20,133 bases of DNA from an uncultured delta proteobacterium. Lineage in GTDB: Bacteria > Desulfobacterota > Binatia > UBA9968. Of this stretch, positions 1-7,117 are shown piece by piece. Position 1 is the stretch's first letter, and each line of letters begins with the position of its first letter. A program made the position numbers and the translations under genes. The notes beneath the pieces were generated by a model. It did no database searches. It saw nothing but the letters and a program-made list of their open reading frames with translations, and had not been told where the DNA came from. The stretch is taken from contig CAWJBB010000042.1 in assembly GCA_963840855.1 (NCBI GenBank), positions 1 through 20,133 of the forward strand, written 5' to 3'.

Positions 1-1356
1 AATGATCTCATCGCCCGACCCTGCGCCGAGTTCTTTGAAGCGCCTGGCGGCGGGCAGCACCCTGGTTTCCAGTGAGCCAACGGCGCTGTTGTACGCGCCG
101 CTGGCTTTTTCGAGGCCGCTGCCGACGTCGGAAATATGGCCGGCCAGCGTTCTCATGCGCTCGTAGAGTAGCTTCCCCAATTCGCTTATGGCCTGCGCGT
201 TCTTGGCAATCTGTTCCTGCTTCCAACCGTACGCAACCGCGTGGAGCAGCGCGATAAGTGTGGTCGGGGTCGCTAAGACCACCCGCTTTTTCATGCCGTC
301 CTCCATCAACTGATGATCGGAATCCGCTGCAGCGGCAAAGAACGATTCGCCGGGAATAAACATCACGACGAACTCCGGGGCTTTGTCGAACTGCTCCCAG
401 TAGCTCTTGGCAGATAAGGCCGACATATGCGATCGAATCTGCATGGCGTGGCGCGTCAGTGCTTCCCTTCTTCCTTGCTCGGACTCTGCTGAAACGCCAT
501 CTAGGTAGGCATCGAGCGAGACCTTGGCGTCAACTACGATTTCGCGCTCTGAGGGGAGGTGAACTATAAGATCCGGGCGAATGCGTCCTTGTTCAGTTGA
601 AACGCTTAGCTGCTCTTTAAAGTCGCAGTGCTCCGACATTCCAGCCAACTCAACGACTCTTCTTAAAGTCATTTCGCCCCATCTGCCCCGGATTTGCGGT
701 GTTCTCAGGGCTGTGACGAGGTTGGCGGTTTCCTTTTGAAGCTTTTCCTGGCTTTCAGTGAGTCCTCTCAGATTCGATTCGAGACTTGTATAAGCACGTT
801 GGCGGGTAGTTTCGAGGGCGCGAACATGTTCATCGAACGATTTCAGCGATTCGGCCAGCGGCTTTACCAACCCGGTGATGGCTTCCTGCCGTTTACCAAG
901 ATCACCTCTCGCTTCCGCGAGGACTTTTTCGAAAGTTTCCCTGGCGAGGGACAGAAAGGCTTTATTGCTGTTTTCGAGGGTCGTGCCGGCCAGCGCCTTG
1001 AAAGTGTCTTTTAGCTTTTCCTCGGCCTCTGCGAGAAGCCGCCTTTCATCTTCCAGCCGCTGCTCGAGTTCCCGCTTTTCGGTTTCTGCTCTGACCTTGG
1101 CGTCTCTTTCCGATGACACCTCGACTCTTAGTTGCTGCAACTCATCGTTCGTCTTCTGGCGGATCTCGTCATACTGCTTGCGAAGTTCCGTCGCGGTCGC
1201 TTCGGCTGCAGCCGCTTTCGTCTCAGCCACCGCGGCTCTACGATCAGCTTCTTCCAGTTTGCTTGTAAGTTTGGATTGCGCGCGTTGGGATGCGACGAGC
1301 CAAGCCACCACCGCGCCAATTAGGAGTCCAGCAGCAGTTCCCAGGATGTATTCCAT
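1..1356 (-). CDS. rmuC: DNA recombination protein RmuC (3' end outside window)
   Basis: Manual translation from ATG at 1356 gives [23 protein letters not shown] (N-terminal TM anchor), a long coiled coil, then RmuC motifs [57 protein letters not shown] and [19 protein letters not shown]. The frame is open to position 1. It is missing from the ORF track because the stop lies outside the window. Confidence 0.93.
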   Translation of the reverse strand, partial: MEYILGTAAGLLIGAVVAWLVASQRAQSKLTSKLEEADRRAAVAETKAAAAEATATELRKQYDEIRQKTNDELQQLRVEVSSERDAKVRAETEKRELEQRLEDERRLLAEAEEKLKDTFKALAGTTLENSNKAFLSLARETFEKVLAEARGDLGKRQEAITGLVKPLAESLKSFDEHVRALETTRQRAYTSLESNLRGLTESQEKLQKETANLVTALRTPQIRGRWGEMTLRRVVELAGMSEHCDFKEQLSVSTEQGRIRPDLIVHLPSEREIVVDAKVSLDAYLDGVSAESEQGRREALTRHAMQIRSHMSALSAKSYWEQFDKAPEFVVMFIPGESFFAAAADSDHQLMEDGMKKRVVLATPTTLIALLHAVAYGWKQEQIAKNAQAISELGKLLYERMRTLAGHISDVGSGLEKASGAYNSAVGSLETRVLPAARRFKELGAGSGDEII

Positions 1357-1394
1357 GAAAATTAGCTAAACCCAAGCTTGCAATTCTCTTCCGG

Positions 1395-1805
1395 TCAAAT
1401 AATCTTCTGAACGCTCAAAGTGGGTTCGAAAAGCAATTGAATGACGATGCCGTCGGGATCAGCGCAGTAAAACGACGCGCTGCCGTCACGATGAACTTTA
1501 AAGGAATGAACGATCTTGACGCCTTCCGAAACAAATTCTTGCTCCAATTCTTTGACCCTCTCGATGGTCTCGACGACAAAACCGAGGTGATCGAGCTGCA
1601 ACTCTGCGGCCCCTTGGGCGTATTTGTCGGCAATTTCGTGAATGGCGATGTTGTCGCAGCCTGAGGACAGATAGATGTTCTCGGCATCTGGCTCCCAGAC
1701 GACGTCCATGCCGAAAAACTTGCAATAGAATTCCTTCGACCGCGCCGCGTGTTTAACTTTCAACGCGATATGGCGCATCCCTCGTAATCCTGGAACACGG
1801 CCCAT
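1395..1805 (-). CDS. VOC / glyoxalase-bleomycin resistance family protein (~136 aa)
   Basis: C-terminal part of ORF 1395..2021. MRHIALKV...LDHLGFVV...SFYCADPDGIVIQL is the paired beta-alpha-beta-beta-beta VOC pattern. Start moved to ATG 1805 because the longer frame reads through intergenic repeats and overlaps amrS. Confidence 0.85.
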   Translation of the reverse strand: MGRVPGLRGMRHIALKVKHAARSKEFYCKFFGMDVVWEPDAENIYLSSGCDNIAIHEIADKYAQGAAELQLDHLGFVVETIERVKELEQEFVSEGVKIVHSFKVHRDGSASFYCADPDGIVIQLLFEPTLSVQKII

Positions 1806-1811
1806 GTCAGG

Positions 1812-1820
1812 ACTATAGCA
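1812..1820 (-). promoter_or_regulatory. Putative extended -10 promoter (TG-C-TATAGT) for a leaderless VOC transcript
   Basis: Minus strand reads TGCTATAGT-CCTGAC-ATG, so the -10 box ends 6 nt before the start codon. No Shine-Dalgarno fits in that gap. Confidence 0.55.
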
Positions 1821-1823
1821 CAG

Positions 1824-1886
1824 CCCCTCTTCCCCCGCGACGCGGGGAGAGCCCGTCCTGAGCTTGTCGAAGGAACCGAGGAGGGG
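1824..1886. repeat. Composite REP-like palindromic element
   Basis: Outer arms CCCCTCTTC (1824-1832) and GAGGAGGGG (1878-1886), inner hairpin CCCCGC-GAC-GCGGGG (1833-1847), and TCCTGAGCTTGTCGAAGGA (1856-1874), whose core recurs at 8609-8628. Confidence 0.65.
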
Positions 1887-1888
1887 AA

Positions 1889-1915
1889 TTGGAACGGCTT
1901 GAACGTTTGGAACGG
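1889..1915. repeat. Three 9-bp tandem repeats
   Basis: TTGGAACGG CTTGAACGT TTGGAACGG. The TTGAACG core is shared with the element at 8397-8503. Confidence 0.6.
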
Positions 1916-1933
1916 GAGCGTAACGACAGTCTC

Positions 1934-1962
1934 TTGCGGCAAAACGTCTAAAGCGGGATACT
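1934..1962 (+). promoter_or_regulatory. Putative sigma70-type promoter for a leaderless amrS transcript
   Basis: TTGCGG (1934-1939), 17 nt, GATACT (1957-1962), then 6 nt to ATG 1969. Confidence 0.45.
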
Positions 1963-1968
1963 TCTTTC

Positions 1969-3027
1969 ATGAAAGAAGCCCTCTGGTGGCACACCGAAGA
2001 GGATGGCCGAATCCTCTGCACGCTCTGCCCGCGCTTTTGCCGGATGGGCGAGGACCAGGCAGGTTTCTGTTACATTCGTAAGAACATCGGCGGCAAGCTT
2101 TATTCCCTCGGGTACGGGACTTCTACCGGATTCGCCATCGATCCGATTGAAAAGAAGCCGCTCAATCATTTTCTGCCCGGCAGCGAAATCTTGAGCTTCG
2201 GCACCGCGGGTTGCAATCTCGGCTGTCGCTTTTGCCAGAACTGGAGCATCAGCAAAGCCAAGCTCGACGAAGCCAACAGTTTAGGGGCAAGCCCTGAAAA
2301 AATCGTCCAGCTGGCGAAGCGAAACCGGGTGCCGAGCATTGCCTTTACTTACAATGATCCCGTGATCTGGGGCGAGTTCGTCATCGATATCTCGCGCCGG
2401 GCGCGCGAGCAGGGTCTCAAGAGCGTCATGGTCACGGCTGGTTACATCACTCCGGAAGCGCGGCCGGAAGTCTATCGCTACATTGACGCCGCCAACGTCG
2501 ATCTCAAAGCCTTCACCGAGCGCTTCTACCACAAAATTACGTTCTCCCACCTTGATCCGGTGCTCGACACGCTCAAGTGGCTCAAGCATGAAACGGATAT
2601 CTGGTTCGAGATCACCAACTTGATGATTCCAGGAGAGAACGACGACCCGGACGAGACCCAGCGCCTCTGCGATTGGGTGATGCAGAATCTCGGGGAGTCT
2701 GTCCCGCTTCACTTCACGGCCTTTCATCCCGATTTCAAAATGACCGACAAGCCGAGGACGCCCGCTGCCACTTTGCAACGCGCCCGCCGGATCGCGCTCG
2801 CCGCCGGCATCAAATATTGCTACGTCGGCAACGTCTTCGATGATGAAGGCCAGACAACCTGTTGTCCCGCCTGCAAAAGTGTCCTCATTCGGCGCTCCTG
2901 GCACGATATCCTCGAATACAACCTGGACGGCGACCGCTGCGGCTGCGGCGCGAGGATCGCCGGGGTATTCGCTAACGGCTCTCAGTTCAAGCCGCGCCGC
3001 GGCGTGCCGCGGCGCCCGCTTAATTGA
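1969..3027 (+). CDS. amrS: AmmeMemoRadiSam system radical SAM enzyme
   Basis: N-terminal CTLCPRFC...GFC, family signature IDPIEKKPLNHFLPG, radical SAM CxxxCxxC (GCNLGCRFCQNW), AFTYNDP, AANVDLKAF, PLHFTAFHPDFK and YVGNV...TCCPAC. Confidence 0.93.
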   Translation: MKEALWWHTEEDGRILCTLCPRFCRMGEDQAGFCYIRKNIGGKLYSLGYGTSTGFAIDPIEKKPLNHFLPGSEILSFGTAGCNLGCRFCQNWSISKAKLDEANSLGASPEKIVQLAKRNRVPSIAFTYNDPVIWGEFVIDISRRAREQGLKSVMVTAGYITPEARPEVYRYIDAANVDLKAFTERFYHKITFSHLDPVLDTLKWLKHETDIWFEITNLMIPGENDDPDETQRLCDWVMQNLGESVPLHFTAFHPDFKMTDKPRTPAATLQRARRIALAAGIKYCYVGNVFDDEGQTTCCPACKSVLIRRSWHDILEYNLDGDRCGCGARIAGVFANGSQFKPRRGVPRRPLN

Positions 3028-3101
3028 GCGCGGCTTTCTCTCGGTAGCGAAAAGCCAAATTTTATGTTTTATAGAAAGCTCGATCTCGCGTGGGATTCCG
3101 C

Positions 3102-5495
3102 ATGGCCAAAGCAAAACCTACCAGCCGCAAGCCGCTTCCGCATCTAACAATACTCGAAGACATCAGCACGCTCATCAGCCATTCCCACGATCTTCAGGAC
3201 ACCCTCGATAACATCGTCGCCATCGTCGCCGACCGCATGGGGACCGAGGTTTGTTCGATTTATATTTTCGACCAGCGCAGGAGTCGCCTCACCCTTTCCG
3301 CGACCATGGGACTGGATAAGGAATCGGTGGGAAAGGTCTCCATGGGTATCGGCGAAGGTATCACCGGCCTGGTTATCGAACGAATGAAACCCGTGATGGT
3401 TGAGGATACGCTGGCTCACCCTCGTTATAAGTATTTCCCAGAAACCCATGAAGAACATTTTCACTCATTCCTCGGCGTCCCGATCATTGAAAAGAAGACA
3501 CCCCTCGGAGTTTTGGTCGTACAGACCTCGCGGCGGCGCAAGTTCGCGGGCGACGAAATTCGCCTGTTGACGACGATCTCGGCCCAGGTAGCGAGCATCT
3601 TCGTTCAAGCGCGCCTCGCCGACTCGCTCAAGACCAAAGAACAAGAGCGCAAGGAATATCAAAAGCGCATGGTTGACGCCATGCGCAAGCTGCGCTCCTA
3701 CGAGCGCAAACGGCCAGAGAGAAGCCCAACCGCGCGTTGGCGCGGGCGTTTGATGGGCTTGGTAGCCTCCCCCGGCTTTGGCCGCGGCCGCGCTTATGTT
3801 TTGGAGCCGCGCATGGACCTGGGCGCCATTCCAGAGAAAAAAACCCGGAGACGCCAGCATGAAATCGAACGGTTTCGCGGCGCCGTAGAACGCGGCATCG
3901 AGCAGATCAATGTCGTAAAAAACCGCATGAGCACTCTCATCTCGAGGGAAGAGAGCGCTATCTTCGATGTCTACCGTCTAATCCTCGAAGATCCGGCGAT
4001 CATCCAGCAAATCGAAACCCATATCCGCAAAGAGGGCTTTACAGCGGAGTACGCCGTGCGGTTCGTGTTTGAACGCTATCTGGAGAATGTCGCGAAGATC
4101 AAAGACAGCTACCTGCGCGAACGCAAGACGGATATCAAAGATGCCGCGCAGCGGCTGCTGGAAAATCTTACGGGCGTGTCAGGACGGGAACTGGAAATAC
4201 CTGAGGACGCTGTCTTGGTGGCCGAAGACCTTTCCCCCGCCGACCTCAGCATGCTTGAAGGTGACCACTTCAAAGGAATCGTCTTGTCCACCGGAGGTGT
4301 TACCTCCCACGCGTCGATTTTGGCGAAGTCTTTCGAAATTCCCAGCGTCGTCGCCATCGACGGACTGATGGAAAAGATTCGCCAGGGAGACCAGTTGATC
4401 GTCGACGGCAACTCGGGGCTCGTTTATGTCAATCCCGGACATGAAGTAATTCGTGAATATGACCGGCTCGAAAGAGACTATGCCGATTTGAACCGCGAAC
4501 TGGAGGAATTGAAAGACTTGCCCGCGGAAACCCTCGACGGTCACCGCGTCTCGCTTTACGCCAACGTGGGACTCTTAAACGACGTGGCCTTCGCCCATCT
4601 CCACGGCGCCCAGGGCGTCGGTCTTTACCGCACAGAAATTCCATTTCTGGCGCACCGGGATTTTCCCAGTGAAGAGGAACAATACGCACTCTACAAGCGG
4701 GTCGTGGAAGGCATGGCCGGCAAGCCGGTGACGATTCGGACACTGGATATCGGCGCGGATAAATATCCGTCTTATATGCGCAGCACTGGGGTCGAGCCCA
4801 ATCCGTTTTTGGGCTGGCGCTCCATCCGCGTCTCCCTCGAAGTGGAAGAAATCTTCAAGACCCAATTGCGCGCGATTCTGCGCGTCGGTGACCTCGGCCG
4901 GGTGCGCATGCTCGTGCCGATGGTGTCGAGCCTCGAAGAGATCACGAAGGTGAAAGAACTGCTGGCGGAAACGAAAGACGACCTGGAGCGCGACGGCACA
5001 CCCTTTGATAGACACATGGAGCTGGGCGTAATGGTTGAAGTGCCTTCCGCTGTCCATCTAGCCGGCCGTTTTTTGCGTGAAGTCGATTTTCTGAGCATCG
5101 GCACCAACGACCTCATCCAGTACATCCTGGCGGTGGACAGGAGCAACCGCAAGGTGGCGAACCTGTACGAGCCGCTGCACCCGGCGGTGCTGGCGGCGCT
5201 TGCCACAACCATCGAAGCCGGCAAACGGGAAGGCAAACGGGTCGGCATGTGTGGCGAGATGGCCGGCGATCCGCTCTGTGCCCTGCTATTGCTCGGCATG
5301 GGACTCGAAGAGTTCAGCATGGGCGCCCTTTATATCCCGGTCATTAAGAAAGCGGTCCGTTCGATAACCTACCAGGCCGCCAAAGCCACCGCCCAAATCG
5401 TCCTCCAAATGGATACCGTCGGCGAGATCAAGAAGTACCTTTTTGATCAAATTCGCGCGCTGGACATGGTAGAACTAATTGAAATGTATCGCTAA
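3102..5495 (+). CDS. ptsP: GAF-domain phosphoenolpyruvate-protein phosphotransferase (enzyme I Ntr-type)
   Basis: N-terminal GAF domain (EVCSIY...GEGITGLV...HPRYKYFPET.EE.FHSFLGVPI), phospho-His motif GGVTSHASILAKS, GVGLYRTE, RTLDIGADK, EPNPFLGWRSIR, FLSIGTNDLIQY and catalytic GMCGEMAGDP. ATG 3102 preferred over GTG 3090. Confidence 0.95.
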   Translation: MAKAKPTSRKPLPHLTILEDISTLISHSHDLQDTLDNIVAIVADRMGTEVCSIYIFDQRRSRLTLSATMGLDKESVGKVSMGIGEGITGLVIERMKPVMVEDTLAHPRYKYFPETHEEHFHSFLGVPIIEKKTPLGVLVVQTSRRRKFAGDEIRLLTTISAQVASIFVQARLADSLKTKEQERKEYQKRMVDAMRKLRSYERKRPERSPTARWRGRLMGLVASPGFGRGRAYVLEPRMDLGAIPEKKTRRRQHEIERFRGAVERGIEQINVVKNRMSTLISREESAIFDVYRLILEDPAIIQQIETHIRKEGFTAEYAVRFVFERYLENVAKIKDSYLRERKTDIKDAAQRLLENLTGVSGRELEIPEDAVLVAEDLSPADLSMLEGDHFKGIVLSTGGVTSHASILAKSFEIPSVVAIDGLMEKIRQGDQLIVDGNSGLVYVNPGHEVIREYDRLERDYADLNRELEELKDLPAETLDGHRVSLYANVGLLNDVAFAHLHGAQGVGLYRTEIPFLAHRDFPSEEEQYALYKRVVEGMAGKPVTIRTLDIGADKYPSYMRSTGVEPNPFLGWRSIRVSLEVEEIFKTQLRAILRVGDLGRVRMLVPMVSSLEEITKVKELLAETKDDLERDGTPFDRHMELGVMVEVPSAVHLAGRFLREVDFLSIGTNDLIQYILAVDRSNRKVANLYEPLHPAVLAALATTIEAGKREGKRVGMCGEMAGDPLCALLLLGMGLEEFSMGALYIPVIKKAVRSITYQAAKATAQIVLQMDTVGEIKKYLFDQIRALDMVELIEMYR

Positions 5496-5539
5496 TTGCG
5501 CCCGGATCTAAAGCAAACTTGCGCCCCTCCAGTACCCGC

Positions 5540-5568
5540 TTGACATCCAGCAGTGCAGGGGTTATGTT
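5540..5568 (+). promoter_or_regulatory. sigma70-type promoter of the boxB-like module
   Basis: Consensus TTGACA (5540-5545), 17 nt, TATGTT (5563-5568). A strong RBS AAAGGAGGT lies at 5596-5604 before ATG 5613. Confidence 0.8.
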
Positions 5569-5572
5569 AACA

Positions 5573-5590
5573 TTCGAACGCTCGTTCGAA
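5573..5590. promoter_or_regulatory. Palindromic operator over the predicted transcription start (TetR/PaaR-like)
   Basis: Perfect inverted repeat TTCGAACG-CT-CGTTCGAA. The core CGAACGCTCGTTCG (5575-5588) fits CNAACGNNCGTTNG, which I recall as the consensus for Thermus thermophilus PaaR. Confidence 0.7.
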
Positions 5591-5612
5591 GTTTGAAAGG
5601 AGGTCCGAAAAA

Positions 5613-6719
5613 ATGCTCAAAATTTCCACCTTCGATGACTGGATCGAATATTTTCATCAATGGCAAAAGGATATCGGCTACGACCCGGCGCTTCTCCACG
5701 ATCAAAAGTTCGAAACCAAGCTAGGCGAGCTCCATAGCTCGGAAATTGAGTTTGGCGATTTCAAAGGGCAGCCGAAATGGCAGCGTGTTGGCCAAATACC
5801 CAATCAATCGATCCGCGACGCGCTCATGAATCTGATCATCTATCAGGGCGACACCGAGTTCGCGTCGGTGGAACAGCAAAAAAACCTGCTCGACACTGCG
5901 CCGACGGAATACGATCGCAAGGCCCTAATCCGGGTGAACAGCGAAGAAATGCGTCACGGCTGGCAGATGTGCTACCTGCTGGTCAATTACTTCGGCGACT
6001 CGGGAAAGCTCGAAGCGCGAAAACTTTTGGAACGGCGCGCCTTCCGCGGCGACCGGCTCCTGGATTCTTTTAACGCGCCGGTAAACAACTGGCTCGACTT
6101 TTTCACCTACACCGAGTTCGTCGACCGCGATGGCAAGTATCAGTTGACGATGTTGAGCCATTCGTCCTTCGCGCCGTTGGCCGAAAGCGTCACGGCGATG
6201 CTGAAAGAAGAACACTTTCATATGTTCACCGGACATACCGGACTGACGCGAATCATGCGCGCCGGTAAAATTCCCATTCCCATTGTCCAGAAATATTTTA
6301 ACAAGTGGCTCTCCACCGCCTACGATTTATTCGGGACGGATCACTCTTCCTCGGCGCATTGGGCATATACGTGGGGGCTCAAAGGTCGCTACGACGAACA
6401 TGAAGCTACCGTGCCCGCTGAAAAGGACAAACTGAACGATCTTTCCCGCGGTCATTATATGAATGAATCCGCGAAACTCATCGAGCAACTGAACCAGTTG
6501 GTGCCGGAGGGCCAGGCCAAGCTCTATGCCCCGGATCTGAAGTTCAATCGTTCCATCGGCGAGCATATTGGCAAGACCTACAGCGTGACCGGCGAACTAT
6601 TGTCGCCCGAGGCTTACGCGAAACATGTCAAAGAGGCCCTGCCGACCCCGGAAGACGAGCAAGTGTTGGCCGAGATCATCAAGGGCAAAGAGTGGGTGCA
6701 GCAGACACAGCTCAACTAA
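5613..6719 (+). CDS. BoxB-like di-iron aryl-CoA epoxidase subunit (ferritin-like PaaA/PaaC/BoxB family), short form
   Basis: BoxB-type motifs QGDTEFASVEQQ, VNSEEMRHGW, LLERR, FVDRDGKYQL, FAPLA and MLKEEHFH. Candidate di-iron ligands are E82, E112, H115, D171, E200 and H203. Symbol withheld because the protein is much shorter than canonical BoxB and the substrate is not shown. Confidence 0.85.
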   Translation: MLKISTFDDWIEYFHQWQKDIGYDPALLHDQKFETKLGELHSSEIEFGDFKGQPKWQRVGQIPNQSIRDALMNLIIYQGDTEFASVEQQKNLLDTAPTEYDRKALIRVNSEEMRHGWQMCYLLVNYFGDSGKLEARKLLERRAFRGDRLLDSFNAPVNNWLDFFTYTEFVDRDGKYQLTMLSHSSFAPLAESVTAMLKEEHFHMFTGHTGLTRIMRAGKIPIPIVQKYFNKWLSTAYDLFGTDHSSSAHWAYTWGLKGRYDEHEATVPAEKDKLNDLSRGHYMNESAKLIEQLNQLVPEGQAKLYAPDLKFNRSIGEHIGKTYSVTGELLSPEAYAKHVKEALPTPEDEQVLAEIIKGKEWVQQTQLN

Positions 6720-6790
6720 ACGAGCTGTTTGATTAATTAACTGTTGCATCTCGATTCGTGCGCGAGTAAGTAGAATTTCAGGAGAGATTG

Positions 6791-7114
6791 GTGAAGCGAA
6801 TCTGTCTTGTGTGCCAAAATATCGATTGCAAGTCGCGTGGCTCCGAGCCGCTCACGGTTGAGCTGCAGAAGCGGGTCGAGGCCAAGGGTCTCGACGATGT
6901 CGAGGTCAAACCTTATATGTGTTTCGGCGCCTGCCAGGAAGGACCCAACATCGTGCTCTATCCGGAGAAAAGTTGGTACGCCAACGTGCAGGTGGCGGAT
7001 CTTGACGAGATCACCGAGCATCTGGCCGGCGGTCCCCATGTGCAGCGGCTTGACACCATCGACTCATCACTAAAAGAACTGATCTATCAGCTCCTCGACA
7101 CAGGAATTTTGTAA
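6791..7114 (+). CDS. Thioredoxin-like [2Fe-2S] ferredoxin (NuoE C-terminal domain-like)
   Basis: VCQNIDC...GS...MCFGACQEGPNIVLYPEKSWY gives the Cx4C...Cx3C-x2-GP pattern. AGGAG at 6780-6784 favours GTG 6791 (alternative TTG 6788). Confidence 0.88.
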   Translation: MKRICLVCQNIDCKSRGSEPLTVELQKRVEAKGLDDVEVKPYMCFGACQEGPNIVLYPEKSWYANVQVADLDEITEHLAGGPHVQRLDTIDSSLKELIYQLLDTGIL

Positions 7115-7117
7115 GCC

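Noticed and set aside
8-1369. Short ORFs in the track over 8-1369 (for example 875..1369 + and 694..1014 +)
   Set aside because: They are antisense or off-frame shadows of rmuC, which occupies 1-1356 on the minus strand.
1806-2021. 72-aa N-terminal extension of the VOC ORF
   Set aside because: It translates intergenic repeats (GSFDKLRTG is the REP-like core) and overlaps amrS. ATG 1805 has its own -10 box.
3032-3070. Possible terminator after amrS (GGCTTT...AAAGCC followed by a T-rich run)
   Set aside because: The stem is short and imperfect and the T-run is not directly adjacent, so it is too weak to call.
2281-3114. 277-aa minus-strand ORF and similar long antisense ORFs (4772..5320, 10054..10776, 19319..19951)
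   Set aside because: They lie opposite well-supported genes and have no recognisable motifs. Such ORFs are expected in GC-rich coding DNA.
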